Below are positions 50,656 to 64,000 of a stretch of 64,000 bases of DNA, piece by piece. The notes beneath the pieces were generated by a model. It made no database searches. It had not been told where the DNA came from and saw nothing but the letters and a program-made list of their open reading frames with translations. Each line of letters starts with the position of its first letter. Within the stretch, counting starts at the first letter, position 1. The stretch comes from Sphyrna mokarran (taxonomy: Eukaryota): assembly GCA_024679065.1 (NCBI GenBank), contig JAGIQG010000013.1:43214001-43278000 (forward strand), written 5' to 3'. Both the position numbers and the translations under genes were made by a program.

Positions 50656-51851
50656 ACCAAGTGATTCGCTGTTTCCTTTTCACAACACGTAATACTTTTA
50701 TAAAAATGCAAGATCATGTTTTGAAAGATGTACAAAGTGCTTGAAAAACTAAACTCATTTGTAAATACAAATTAGTAACTATTATAAACAAACTCAAAAC
50801 ATTTCAAGAAGGAAATAAGTATTACAGACACAAGATGGGTCATTTTAAATAAGATAAAAATTTAAATTTTACAGGCAACTTTTATGGCCATTGAAATATA
50901 CTACATTCTATAGCCAAGAACAGATCTATTACATAGCAGGATGGAAAAAACAAGCCACTTCTAAAATGTCACATTTGACTTTAATCTACTTAACCGTGAT
51001 TTGTTTTCTCTGATTGCAGATTGAGAGTCTTTTAAAGGTAAATGTTTCTGCAATTTAAAAATTGGGCTATTTATGTAAGAAGCTATTACACCATTTCCAG
51101 AGTCAATCCAGCAGTATGAAAGGAAGATGAAGGGATTATTGCTTGATAATATTACGTGATTTTTTTTGTTCCATGGAACATCTAACAAAATATCACTACA
51201 TTAGTACTTGCAAACATTCAATCCAATTGAGTTTCAAGATCGCATGAATAGAAGTTGTTTCTAATGCTTTGAAATAAAACCTAGAATATCTGCAGTTCTA
51301 AACATAATTAGTTGCAAGACTGTACTGCATTTTCTAGAAAGAATGCTCAAAGACAATAAGCACGAAAGGCATTAAAATGTCTTGTATTATACAAATACCA
51401 ATTCTGTATTTAAAAAAAAGTGATGCTTTTTTCTATCCGGTTTCAGTGCATTTTCATGAACATTTCAACTGATACAAAATTCTACTGGCTTAAACAGCAG
51501 AAAAAAAATACTTCTGTAGTGTATTGTCTTGCTGCTTCTTTCTTCTCCGATGTTTATAAATATACTGCATGCTTGATGTACCTGTTCATCATTTGCCTCG
51601 AAATCAAAGTCTATCCATTCCAGCCACTTATTTGCATTGCAAACGTGCCAATGCAGTTCCAATGGTGTCCTCGAATCCAGAATGGAAAGCTCTGTTCTGT
51701 TCTGAAAAGTGACAATGGATTCCCTTCTTGATAAGTTCTTTAGATCTTTCCTGATGAGAAAGAATAAACCACAAGTTTAATTTTTTTTGGAGTACTACTT
51801 CAAATATTGTCTTTTTATTTCTGTTCAAAGAGCAATAATAGATCCATACTG

Positions 51852-51928
51852 CTAGGAGATGACTTCTTGGGTATCAGCATTTGGTTTCTGGCTCACTTGT
51901 ACTGGTGGCAGTGGCTTACTGTGAAAAT
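51852..51928 (-). CDS. ARL13B: ARL13B last coding exon (DFHSKPLPPVQVSQKPNADTQEVIS*)
   Basis: ttgacag|AT acceptor, TAG at 51852-51854; matches the ARL13B C-terminus DF..KPLPP....PN.D...VIS. Confidence 0.94.
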
Positions 51929-52222
51929 CTGTCAAACAAGAAAAATGTAATAGATTATAAGAAAAGCTGTAATTTCCTGATTAGCACCAACCAACAAAAG
52001 TATAAACACTGAGAAAATCTCAGCTCTTCTCAAAATAGCCTGAGTTATTCTTTCATATTTATTAACACTGAAGGGCAAAAAGGGTAAATTTGTGTTAGAA
52101 AAATAAATTTTGCATACCTGGTCTTCAGTAACCTTGTTATATTGCATTACTTTTTACAACAGATTCTCCTTGCATTTATTTGAAGAACATCCATCATGTT
52201 AATTTCTAATAGTTGGTAGTTC

Positions 52223-52543
52223 AGAATCATAGAATCATCGAAACTCTACACTGCAGAAACTCTACATCAAGTGGCCTTGGCTCACTGAGTCTGCACCGAC
52301 CACAATCCCAGCCAGGCTCTATCCCATATCTCCATATATTTACCAGCTAATCCCTCTAACCTATGCATCCTCGGACACTAAGGGGCAATTTAGCATGGCC
52401 AATTAAACTAACCTGCACATCTTTGGACTGTCGGAGGAAACCCACACTACACAGCAAGAACGTGCAAACTCCAGACAGTGACTCAAGCCGGGAATCAAAT
52501 CTAGGTCCCTAGAACTATGAAGGAAAAGTGCTACTATGCTGCC
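52223..52543 (-). mobile_element. HE1-type tRNA SINE
   Basis: Reverse-complement copy; a 3' fragment of the same family lies at about 57985-58140. Confidence 0.85.
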
Positions 52544-53084
52544 CAAACTTGGGATGACTGAAACACTCAAAAGCTTTTTGTTTTTCGCTCATCAGGATAA
52601 TTTGCAAGAATACCAAATGTAAAGGGAATAACAATTAAGACCGACTAAGGAAACTGGCAAGTAAACCTAGACTGGTTTTAACATGGTAAATGTTAAGAGG
52701 TATTAACATGGAAAATGCATCAGCTAACTGCTAAGCTGTCCTTTTTCAGCATTACTCATGTTAATTTCTCTTGTGATACCTTAAGCATTTAATTACTTTC
52801 TCTTGAAAGTGTGGTAACTGTTCTATAAGCAATGTTCACACCAATTCTCATCAAATCCTTCTGAGAAGATTTAATGTAAATGAAATATCATTTAGAATGT
52901 GTTTAAAATGCTACAAAGTGGTTAATTAGCTTATTATGTAGAAAATCAGTTATTCTGTGCACGCATGCGCAATTGATATATTTGGGACGGGTGCACAGAA
53001 TGAATTTTGTTTCTGTACAACTCAATATGAAAGAAGGAACAAGGGAGAAAAGTTTTATTTTCATCTCAGCAGTACATGTGAACA

Positions 53085-54070
53085 TACATAAATAAGAGAA
53101 GGTAACCATTTAGCCCCTTTAGTCTGCTCCACTATTCTGTCTGTCTTTTTGAGGTCCACATTCTCATCTACTCATGATAATTTTTGACTGCCTTGCCTAG
53201 CAAGTATCCGTATACCTCTGCCTTTAAAATATTCGATAGCACTGATTCCACTCCTTCTAAGGCAGGGGGGTTCCAAAGATGCATAATCTCGAAACATTTT
53301 TTCTCATTGTTTTCCTACAAGGCAACTCCTAACTTTTGCAATCGTGCCCCTCTTTTTTCTTGACTTAATCATTGGTTGGTGGCAGAACAGATGGCAAGAT
53401 CAGTTAAAGCATATCGGATTCAGGGCTTTATTAATAGATGCAGAAGGAGACCATCTGGCCCATCGTGTCTGCACTAGCTCTCCAAATGAGCATCATCATT
53501 TAGTGCCATTCCCCATATCGCTGCTTATCATTCCTATTCAAATAATCATCTAATGCCTTTTGAATTCCTCAATTGAACTTCCTTACAGCACACTTTTAGG
53601 CAGTGCATTCCAGACTTGAGCCACTCATTGTGCGAAAAAGCTTTTTCTCACATTATATTAGCTTCTTTTGCAAATCACTTTATATCTGTGCCCTCTCATT
53701 CCTGGATCATTTTACCAGGGCAGTCTTATCCTATTTCCTCTGTCCAGCCCTCATGTGATTTTGAGCAACTTTATCAAGTCTCCTCTCAGCAGTCTTCACT
53801 CCGAAAAGAATAATCTCAATCTCTCCAATCTATCCTCATAATGAAGTTTCTCATCCCTGGAACCATTCTTGTAAAGCTCTTGTATACTCTCCAATATGTT
53901 CACATCCTTCCTATATGTTACCAGAATCGTACACAATGCTCCAGCTGAGATCGAACTAATGTTTTCTGTAAATTCAACATAATCTCCTTGTTCTTGTACG
54001 CTATGCCTTGATTAGTAAAGCCCAGAATACTAAATGCTTTATGAACTGATTTTGCCACCTGCCCTGCCAC
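53085..54070 (-). mobile_element. Two adjacent decayed CR1 3' fragments
   Basis: Reverse-complement CR1 3' UTR and C-terminal motifs (ccattcagccc-like, tacacaatgctccagctgag). Confidence 0.75.
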
Positions 54071-55280
54071 AAAATCACAATAAGAAACATCCTCTTTACA
54101 CCCACTTTGTCAAGACCATTTGGGATCTTATATACTTCAATCACTACTCTATTTTAAACTCCAGTGGAAAGAAGCCCAGCCTGTCCAAACCATCCTCATC
54201 AGATAATCCATTCAATTCCAAGTGGCAATCTGGTAAACCTCCTCTACACTGCCTTAAATGCATTTATAGCAGTGTTATACAATAAAGAATAATTATGACA
54301 ACTAGAACAATAATTTAAACAGTATAGATTAAGATCAGTGAAACAACATCAAGGTGGTTTATTAATACATTCAAAATGTATGTTCTTATCTATTTTTCTA
54401 AATTTCCTCCCAATTTTCTGGGTTCACATACATGCACTGGAAAAGTCAATCATAGTTTTTATCAAAAATAATGTCACGTACACATGTTCCTCTCCTGAAG
54501 GCATTACATTACTTGCTAAAGGAATAGTTCTACAGTTGGTAGTTGCTTTCTGATATCTGGCCCACAAAAGATAAATATTTATATAGAATCTTGACCATGC
54601 AGATAAGCAGAGTTTTGATTTATTGAGAGTACCATTCATCAAGTCTAAATGTATGGCAAAATAATACCCACATAAATGTATTTCCAGCAAGGACCACTAA
54701 ATAGCAATCTAGCAATTGTAGCTAGAAAATGCTTCCAACACATTATAAATCTCATTAACACTATTGCCATCTTGCTGCAGCATAGTGTCCCCTCCACTCT
54801 GCAGACCAAATGCAGATCACGAGCTCACTTGTGCTGAATACCCTCATGAATCTGCAAATATGACTGAGCTGGAAACTTGCTATTTTAATTCTTTGTCCTA
54901 TTCCCATTATTCTTACCTGTTTTTCTTCTAGGAGGGTTTAAGGCAACTTGGCAGTAGAATGGAAACCAGAATGTAGCATTAGAAAGGAAAATCAAGTTCA
55001 ACAAAGGATTAGGACAGATTGTGTAGTAGAGTAAGAAATAACAAAGTATTGTATGGAGTCAGACAAAGAGCGATTGAAATAAGATCTAAATTAGCTTCAC
55101 AGTGCATGCATGTGACACACAGATAATGTTAAATAAAGTTTGTGAACTATAGGAGCAAATCACCATATCAGAATGATACTATATTAAGAGACCTATTAAA
55201 AATGGACAGACTGGGTTAGAAATATTCCTGGATGCAGGTATTCAGAAGAAAGAGGAGGAGGGGATGGCGTTATTGATTAA

Positions 55281-55682
55281 TTGATTTGATTTATTATGTC
55301 ACATGTATTATTAGTGTGAAGTGAAAAGTATTGTTTCTTGCACGCTAAGCACACAAAACATACTTTACATACAGAAGGAAAAGACAGATTGAAGAATGTA
55401 GTGTTATAGTCATAACTAGGGTGTAGAGAAAGATGAACTTAATGAGAGATTGGTCCATTCAGAAGTTTGATGGCAAAAGGGAAGAAGTTATTTTTGAGTC
55501 AGTTGACACTTATCCTCAGATTTTTGAATCTTTTTGCCAATGGAAGAAGGTGAAAGAGAAAATCCCCAGGAGTGTGTGCGGTCTTTGATTATGCTGGCTG
55601 CTTTTCTGAGCAGTGGAAAGTATAGGTAGTATTAATGGATGGGAGTCTGGTTTGAATGATGGATTGAGCTTTGTTCACAATC
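55281..55682 (-). mobile_element. Rex1/Babar-like LINE 3' fragment
   Basis: Reverse complement of the same 3' end (ttgatttgatttatt...gtcacatgtatta). Confidence 0.75.
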
Positions 55683-56761
55683 GTTGGACACATCAGAGGA
55701 ATAGGTAAGGGTGAAAACTACAAACGTACTATCCATAATCTTCCAATCCTCACTAGATATTTGTGTGGAGCCAAAAATCTAGAAAATTGTAAATGTTACA
55801 TCCTTGTTCAAAATTAATTGAAAAGATAAATCCTGCAACTACAGGCCAGTTTACTTTGAGATAACTGTACCCTTCTAATTCTGGCCTCTTGTGCCCGCTA
55901 AATCATAATTGTTCCACATTAATGGCCGTGCCTTCAACTGCTTGCACCTCAAGTTCTAAACTTCCTTTCCATCTCCCTACTGTACTTTCTTCTTTTAAGA
56001 ATCTTTTAAAGACAAAGGAAATCTGAAAAAAGCTGTTCGAAATCATGATGGGTCTAGGGAAATGGAGGTAGAAAAAGAACTGTTCCCATTAACAGATGTT
56101 GCAAACTTGAGAACACTAATTTAAGTTGATTGATAAAAGAAACAACGGCAACATGAGAAGAATACAATCTAACTTTGGAAATATCACAATTCTAGTACAA
56201 GATGCTTATGCTGATTTGGATGTTGACTTCATACAGTTTCATTGTGTTATTTTCTCCCTATATTCTTATCGGTACCACTTGAAGTTGACAGCTATCACAA
56301 CTTTTGCCAAAGTATTTCATATAACAATAACACCTGGGTGCAAATAAGTTTCATTAAACCTCTTTCTTAATGCATCTTGTGCTTATCTTAAGATCATGAA
56401 TCGATATCTTGAATTTACCATACTTATTTCATTTATCTTTAAGTTGAAAAGAATCCAGCCCCAGTTGATCTAACCTTTCCCTGAAATTCAAGATTCCTCA
56501 TCCCTTTTGTCTTGATAAATCTGTACTACACTTACTCCAGATTATTATACTGTTCTAATATTAAGGATCTAACTCTCCTCCACTATGCAGCTGCTACTTC
56601 TTTAAACGTTCTTCTACTTGTGACTGCAACTCTTACAAAAAATGATTCCCTTAATTAGCTGCAGTATTGATTACAGCTTTTAAGTGGTATATAAAGACAA
56701 GAATGTGAAGTTATATGTAGAGAGAAACCAGTTGGAGTGCGTTTGCAGGTCAATGTGATAA

Positions 56762-57530
56762 CAGAAACATAGAACTTAGAACACTACAGCACAAACAGGC
56801 CCTTCAACCCACAAGTTGTGCCAATCATATCAGTACCTACCAGGCCATAGAACTATCTGTAACTCCCAATCCCATTAAATTCCATGTACTCATCCAGAAG
56901 TGTCTTAAAAGACCCCAACGAGTTCGCCTCTACCACCGACAGCAGCTGATTCCATTCACTCACCACCCTCTGACTGAAAAACTTACCCCTAACATCTCCT
57001 CTATACTTGCCCCCCAGCATCTTAAACCTGTGTCCTCTCATAGCGACCATTTCAGCCCTGGAAAATAGCGTCTGAGAATCCACCCTATTTATTCCGCTCA
57101 CCATCTTATAAACCTCTATCAGGTCGCTCCTCAACCTTCATCTCTCCAAGAAGAGACGTAGCTCTCTCAACCTATTTTCATAAGGCATGCCTTCCAATCC
57201 AGACAACATCGTTGTAATTTTCCTCTGCACCCTCTCAATAGCTTCCACATCCTTTCTGTAGTGAGGCGACCAGAATTGTACACAGTACTCCAAGTGGGGT
57301 CTGACAAGGATCTTGTAAAGTTGCAGCATTACCTCCCAACTCTTAAACTCAATCCCTTGATTAACGAAGGTCAGTACACCATACGCCTTCTTGACCACAT
57401 CCTCACCTGCAAGGCCGATTTAAGAGACCTGGACCCCAAGATCCTTCTGCTTCTCAACACTGTTAAAACTCCTACCCTTGATATTATACTCCTTCATCCC
57501 ACTGGTCCTGCCAAAAATGGACCACCACAT
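56762..57530 (-). mobile_element. CR1-clade LINE 3' fragment
   Basis: LVRPHLEYCVQFWSPHY and DLIEVYKM ORFs; (catagaa)-like tail. Confidence 0.92.
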
Positions 57531-58413
57531 GAACACCAATACTCACTGTGAGCTGCATTGATGATGTGAGGTGTTCAATATCATTTGAAAGACCTATAGG
57601 TAATTTCAATCTATATGTCTGTCTGGGATTTTAACACAGTCAGCTTATTTACCATTTTACTTCTGAGTTTGGTGTTGAATGAGGAGCAGTGGGCATGTTG
57701 TGGACTTACATGATGTGAACATAACCCCAGAATTTAAAAAGCCAATCCAAGTGGAATTTGAAAGAGGAGTTGCAAATTTTAGCAAAGGAAAATTTCAAGG
57801 CATGGACTCAGGACGCTCAAAGTGCTCCAGCACTGAGATTTTCTGTGAATGAGAACACAGCGAAAATATTTTCTGGGATCTACCATAGCAATAGGAGTAC
57901 ATTAGAATTTGTTCCATTCAGTGTGCTATTTGTAACAGTTATTAAAATAATACACTACTTTCTTAGATATAGATTCAGAATCCATACAGTATAGAAAGAA
58001 ATTGTTTAGCTCGACAAGTCTGCACCGACTCTCCGAAGAAGCACCTCACCCAGGCCCATCCACTGCACTGTGCCCATAAATCCACATATTTACCCCACTA
58101 ATCTCCCTAACTTGTACATCTCTGGACACCAAGGGGCAACATAGTAGCTGTGGTAAGTGTCATGTGGCGAGGCCGAACAGAGCAAAAATTACTCTATCAG
58201 ATAACTCTGAAATGTCACACAAATTACGCATAATAGATATGTTCTTACCATAAAATAATACCAAAGTGTCTAAAACCATCAAAAGAAGAACAAATTACAG
58301 TAATTGCTTCAGGATTTTATATTATGTTGTCATTAATGGAAGTTGCTGCTGAACAAACAAATGGAGTGCAAAATAAGCATGCTGAGCAACACTGAATGTT
58401 GAAAATAATTTAC

Positions 58414-58482
58414 CATTACGTAGGGTTTCACCAAGAGGTTCAAGTTTTGGAAGTCTGGTAACTTTGGGAGTACCCCAGCCGA
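58414..58482 (-). CDS. ARL13B: ARL13B penultimate exon ([23 protein letters not shown])
   Basis: ctttag|TC to G|gtaaat, 69 nt; nearly identical to mammalian [20 protein letters not shown] as remembered. Confidence 0.95.
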
Positions 58483-59804
58483 CTAAAGGAAGACAGATAA
58501 AATCACCATTAAACATGGAAGTCTGGCTTGGAAAGAATCTTGCTACATTGTTGATGTTAAAATCCAACAAAGCAAGAAGAAGCTTTTAAAAAGCCAAAAT
58601 ATCCAAGTGAGCTGCAATGAACCAACAAATATTAGAGCAAACATAATATTCAAGAAAGTATGATTTGGAGAGAATAAATGAAAATATTAGTTAGCTGGAC
58701 TCAACATGATTTTTCTTTTAGAGTATAGGAGAACATTCAGAATAAACTTGAACCACTAAAAATAGTCTTCAAGTTAGTTAGATGCCCTAGAAATTGAAGA
58801 ATTTGGTAGAGGTATGCTCATTTTGTTGAATTGCTAAGATGGCAATGGGATAGAACATGAATCTTTGAAGCTACCTTGGTGAATTGGGCAAGTGATTCGG
58901 ACGTTAAAATTTTCGTTCTCAGGATGGTGTGGTTGAGTTCAAAACATGTTTTGCACTTTAATGGCTTTAACAGGATGATTCATCCTCTTGAAATAAGCCT
59001 CCTTGTAGTTGCTGAGACATCCAAAACTTAGAATAATCCAGAGTCATAAAACCTCTGAACTATGTGTGGAACTATTCTCGGTATTTTAATTCAGCAACTA
59101 TGTTTGATTCTGATATCTAGTTGCTATGTCGAGGTCTTACTAGGAATCAAGAGGCAAGAATGGCCATTCACATAACATCTTTCACTACAGGAGGAACTTG
59201 AAACGTATTGTTAACTGATAAAATATCCATTAAACATTACAGAGCTTTTGCCTATTTAATCTGAGACTTTTTTTTTCCCCCAGAGTGCATCTTGCTAGGA
59301 CACTGAGTACAAGATTCTAGGGCCTTAGTTCAAAAACAATTCCTGGTCAGGATATAGAATTATGACTCAGCTGTGGAACTTGATAGCAATGACTGAAATT
59401 TGCTTTTGGCACCTGAGACACCAGATTGAAATTCTGACACAACTATCAAACTTGAAAATGTTCCTTTCTCCAATTTATTTGTTTTATCCATTGGATTTCC
59501 CACTTAATAGGCAAGTCTCCAAGATGTTCATCATTAATTCCATTAGAGGTGCTATGTGGATGGCCACTGTTGCCTAATGCTTCCTAAGGTATTTGAATCA
59601 ATTAACACGGATATCTTCACTATTACGATTATCCTGACAGTAAATACTTTCAAAGGCAATTATGGAACGAGGAACAAATATTTTATCACAAATTGAGACA
59701 AATGCACAGTATCATTAAATAATTGTTTTGACTGATTCTAGTAGTATTTATCTTAATAATGCTGCCATTACAATATTGCCAGGCAATATAAAATAAAATC
59801 AGGA

Positions 59805-60432
59805 GTATTAAAGGGGCACAGGAGCAAGGGACTTATGTGTATAGATGCATAAATCATTGAAAGTGGCAGAACAGGTGGAGACAGCAGTTTCTGGGCTTTA
59901 TTAATAAGGGCATAGAGCACAGGTGCAAGGAAGTTATGTTGAATTTATAGAAGACACTAGTTAGATTTCAGCTGGAATGTGTGCAGTTCTGGGCACTACA
60001 TGAGAGGAAGGATGTGAATATATTGGAGAGAATGCAAAAGAGATTCATAAGAATGGTTCCAGGCATGAGAAACTTCAATTATGAGGAAAGATTGGCAGAG
60101 TTTGGACTGTTCTTGGAGAGGAGAAAACAAAGAGGAGATTTGACAGGGATGTTCAAAATCACGAGGGCTGGATAGATAGAGAAAAACTGTTCCTGCTGAT
60201 AAAAGGATCAAAACTGAGACAGCACAGATTCAAAGTGATTTCAGAAAAAAACTTTTTCACAAGTGATCTAGGTTTGGAATTCAACACCTGGAAATGTGGT
60301 TGAGGCAACGAAAAGGGCATTTGATGATTACTTAAATAGAAACAATGTGCCTGAGTGCAGAAAAAAAATCAAGTTATTATGACTTTGATTTGGAAAACTG
60401 GTGCAGACATGAAGGGCCATAATAATTCTGAG
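59805..60432 (+). mobile_element. CR1-clade LINE 3' fragment
   Basis: VQFWA..LERMQKRFIRMVPG remnant. Confidence 0.85.
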
Positions 60433-62022
60433 ATTTGTGAGAGGCGTAGGGAGTGGATGGAAGTGAATGATTAGATTCTTAACTGAAGGTTTCTTTTTCT
60501 CCATATTGGGAATGTTTTGATTTACCTAAATCAACAAGAGAAATAAGACCGAAGATAAACTTTAATTTTATAAACCTCTATAGGTAGCACTACAGTTTCT
60601 TAAATACCATATTAAATTGAACAGCCTGCTATAAAATCAGATACATAGGTTGCATTTAAAGCTGATTTTTCAACCTGATGTTGATCAAGACTTACACATT
60701 TTATTGCAAAAGAAACAGATTAGAACTAGATAATTTGCCTAGAGGTTTCAATACACAAGAATAATTTATTTTTGTTCTATGTTCTAAGATACATATCTAA
60801 AACTAACAGTATGAAAATAGGAAGCTAGAACGTAAGCTGCGAAAATTTTTAATCTGTATGGAACTTGTGCTTCATACTTTGCTGATATTCCACAACCTCA
60901 AGATGCTTCTTTGAATGTTTCCAGCTAGTCCTATTACAGATCAATTAAAATATTTATGCTACAGGCTTGCATGTCACATTAGGCAGATCATGGGAGACAG
61001 GAACAGCTATTTTTTTCAAAATGTATCTACTCAATTTTTTTCACATCAATAAACTCAAATTTCCAGAAAAAACAAATTGTTCACAAAATGTAATGCCGCA
61101 CAATATTAAAGCACTTTTGGGCTTTCATTTAGTCTGTCTGCCACGTACCCTTTCTCTCAACTGTTAATTCTATATTAATTGTGTTGTATTATATGCAGCT
61201 GAAGGGCATTAATTAGAGTTTAACTTGAGCAAATATAAACGGATACTCACAGAAACAGAGGTTTAGTTAGGAGGTATATGATTGTAATGATTCACTCTGT
61301 TAATAAATGTTAGACTGAGTAAAGTTTGGTTCCAGTATTATCCTTCATCAGCTGGTTGTGTAGTATAACACCCACATCCTTTATTTTTAAAAAGACTTTT
61401 TCTTGAAGGTGCCAACTCTTGCTCTGGTGCACTTACATCAGTTCTACCAATGGTTATTACCTTAAAATTTTCTATTCTTCCTGTGAGGCTGGATAATGGG
61501 CAAAGGTGGTCACGTAGAGCAAGATGGACAAAGGAAATTCAGTTTCCAACCTGCATTAGCTTGCGTACTTTTGAGCATCGATCATTAGGTAGAAGTTAGA
61601 AGTGGGTACCTTGAGTGAATTTTTCTTGCCGCAGTAAGAGACAGATAAAGTCAATGAATGCCCACCCACAATCACCCTATTATTAACCAACCAGGGATTT
61701 ACTAATTTTGTGTCATCCAATATGATGCAGTTCTCCATTGTATACAGCTGCAGATCAAATTACTGCTTCTGTTTTTTGAAAATCAGTAGAATGGTATTTG
61801 CCAGTTCTATTCATTCTTAAAATAAACAGCCAAATTATTATAATTTGTTACCACATGCTAGGAGTTTCTTTTAATTTGAATATCTTTTTTGAATTTCATT
61901 TTCTTTTTCTCTAGTATTTGTGAATGCTCCATTTCAAGCATCATAAATTATTGCTGTCTTTGTTTCTGAAGGTAACATGTTGTCTTATTGGGTACATGCC
62001 AGAAAAGTGAACTTGTGCTCAC

Positions 62023-62130
62023 CTGGTGGTGGTGGTGGACTGGAATTTTCAGAATCATCATCTGTACTGAATGGTTCCACCTTGTTCTTTCTCTTTATTG
62101 GAATTTTTTTGACCTTTTTCTTCCCTGACT
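62023..62130 (-). CDS. ARL13B: ARL13B exon (ESGKKKVKKIPIKRKNKVEPFSTDDDSENSSPPPPP)
   Basis: aaacag|AG to G|gtgagc, 108 nt; basic patch, VxP ciliary-targeting motif and polyproline run as in vertebrate ARL13B. Confidence 0.92.
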
Positions 62131-62279
62131 CTGTTTAAAATATATAGTTTTAAATATGTAGTTAAATATAAACACCATTTTATCAAGTCTAATAAACAAT
62201 ACACTGAGCAAATTTAAACATAGTTACTATGCTCTATGTTTGTTTCATATTCCCAAAGCAACTTCATTTGTATAATTAC

Positions 62280-62472
62280 CAGAGTCTGGGATTTTCTGGT
62301 TGTGCTCGATTTCCTGCTGTTGCTCAGTTAATACATGGGCAATTGGCTTCACTTTCTCAATATTTTGATTGCCATTGCCGGACGATTTTGTTGCTTCTGA
62401 AGCATTTAGTAGAATCTCTCCATTAGATTTTGGTTTGTTCTTTTCTTTCTGTTTTTTGATTTTCTCTTCATT
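62280..62472 (-). CDS. ARL13B: ARL13B internal exon (NEEKIKKQKEKNKPK...EIEHNQKIPDS)
   Basis: Strong polypyrimidine tract ttttctttctttttttgttag|AAT, open frame of 193 nt, donor G|gtaatt; phase matches the next exon. Confidence 0.85.
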
Positions 62473-64000
62473 CTAACAAAAAAAGAAAGAAAAATGGAAG
62501 TGCTGTTCTTCTCCACTTTACAGTCTAACGCAGTTAAGTCAGAGCTCATTTCTATCTCCCCTGACCTCTCACAGCTGCTAGTTGAGGAGCTCGTAAGTTT
62601 CTTTGTCCCCAAAGTGTCACAGCTTACTTCACTTCCTTTGCCTCTCTGACCACGTGCTATACAAGCATTGATCTCATGCATTCTATCTGGCAACTTTTGA
62701 TGTCTCTCCTTGTAATGCTATAGTGATCTTATTTTTCCTGCATTAGACAACGTTGCTGAACCCGTTGAATAAGATTAATCGGGTCATGTATTAATCCCAT
62801 TTATGTGTGTCCATCAAAGTAGTCTAGCCCGACGAAAGAATTATCAGTGAGTTATTGTATTAAACTTGTTACACATGCCTGCCAATGCTGCTTGCCTAAT
62901 CTGTTGGATAGAATTCCTCTTTATTTTCAACTTGGATTTTTCATTAAGTAAAAACAAAAAAATCATAATCACACTGAACTCAGTGTTAGTTATTTACATA
63001 TGTCTTTTGCCTCTGGTATACCCATGAAGCCAAGAATCCTAGTGTTCAATTCTGTTATACATCAAACAATTCTGAAATATATCCCAAAATATAAATATCA
63101 GACAGTTCACAAATATCTCTCTCAAAACGCTTTGCTCTTGATGGAATTCTCTAATACATTTGTGATGAACAAACCAATTATTCACAGGCTGTTCATTCAT
63201 GTACTTGAATTGAAAAGTAGCATTAATGTTGATTGGAAAACTACAGATTATAATGTTGGAATGTATTCATATACTAGGTAAATGATAAGCAGTTGCAAGT
63301 GCATAGAAAGATCAAATGTTGTCTTATTAATTTAAGTGTTAGTTTACTTATCATTGCTCAAAATCCACTTGTGATCTGATTATAAAAATTTCATGTCTCA
63401 AGTGCCAGTCCATGAAAATGAAAAGTCTCTGCATTTCAATTTCTCTAGAATATTTGTGTAATTATAAACATAATCCTTTGGTTATGATATTAGCAGGATT
63501 AATGATGGATAAAAGATCCAATCAGCAACCACCCCAACCAAGATCTAATCATTTATTTCCATTATTTTAGCAGATTTCCTTACAGGGAATTAATTATGAA
63601 CTTTATATTTCATGTCAATTTCAGATAAAAACAGACACTCAAAGTCTCATTGTAATACTAGGCCATGTGTAACTATAAATAAGCATGTAGATCCCTATAC
63701 AATACATCTTAACTAAATATTTTTCTTCAAGAATTTCCTGTCACAGGTGATCAGAATATAATGGCCACATCAACATTCAGTTTATGAAAAAAATTATGCG
63801 ATCTGAATAGATCCTTCAGCTTAATTTTCAGCTATCTAATCCTATCCACTATTATTTGAGGTGAGAATTAAGCACCAACATAGCTGCCTCTCAAACCAAT
63901 TGTAGTCCCCAAACTGTGGTTTGGTTTTGATGTATGGCCTGTATAGAAAAGTGTAGTTATAAGCTATTGAAGGATTTTTGAAAATCTACAGACTTCACTA

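Noticed and set aside
62406-62693. 95-aa minus-strand ORF in ARL13B
   Set aside because: It runs through the polypyrimidine tract and overlaps the real exon in a different frame; no usable in-frame acceptor upstream.

Overview
Vertebrate genomic DNA, most likely a shark or ray; this is inferred from HE1-type tRNA SINEs, Deu-domain SINEs and abundant CR1, Rex1 and Penelope remnants. Two spliced genes lie in tandem on the minus strand. The first is the complete six-exon NSUN3 gene (mitochondrial tRNA-Met m5C methyltransferase; ATG 41604, stop 2896, 383 aa, all GT-AG junctions in phase) with a CpG-island promoter backed by a 1.1-kb C-rich minisatellite. The second is the last four coding exons of ARL13B (62472-51852). 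Most other ORFs in the track are transposon debris or low-complexity artefacts. The most unusual signal is a pair of related, hairpin-rich U2 snRNA-like elements in NSUN3 introns (22062-22388 and 9143-9270). Together they reproduce U2 architecture (5' end, branch-point-recognition region, stem IIb, Sm site, stem III) with re-written stems and tandem modules, suggesting a U2-derived retroposon or U2-mimic RNA family. Also seen: a 116-bp palindrome, two short local duplications, a TIR element, nested insertions and hammerhead-like remnants. Repeat boundaries are approximate, and all homology calls were made by eye against remembered reference sequences.
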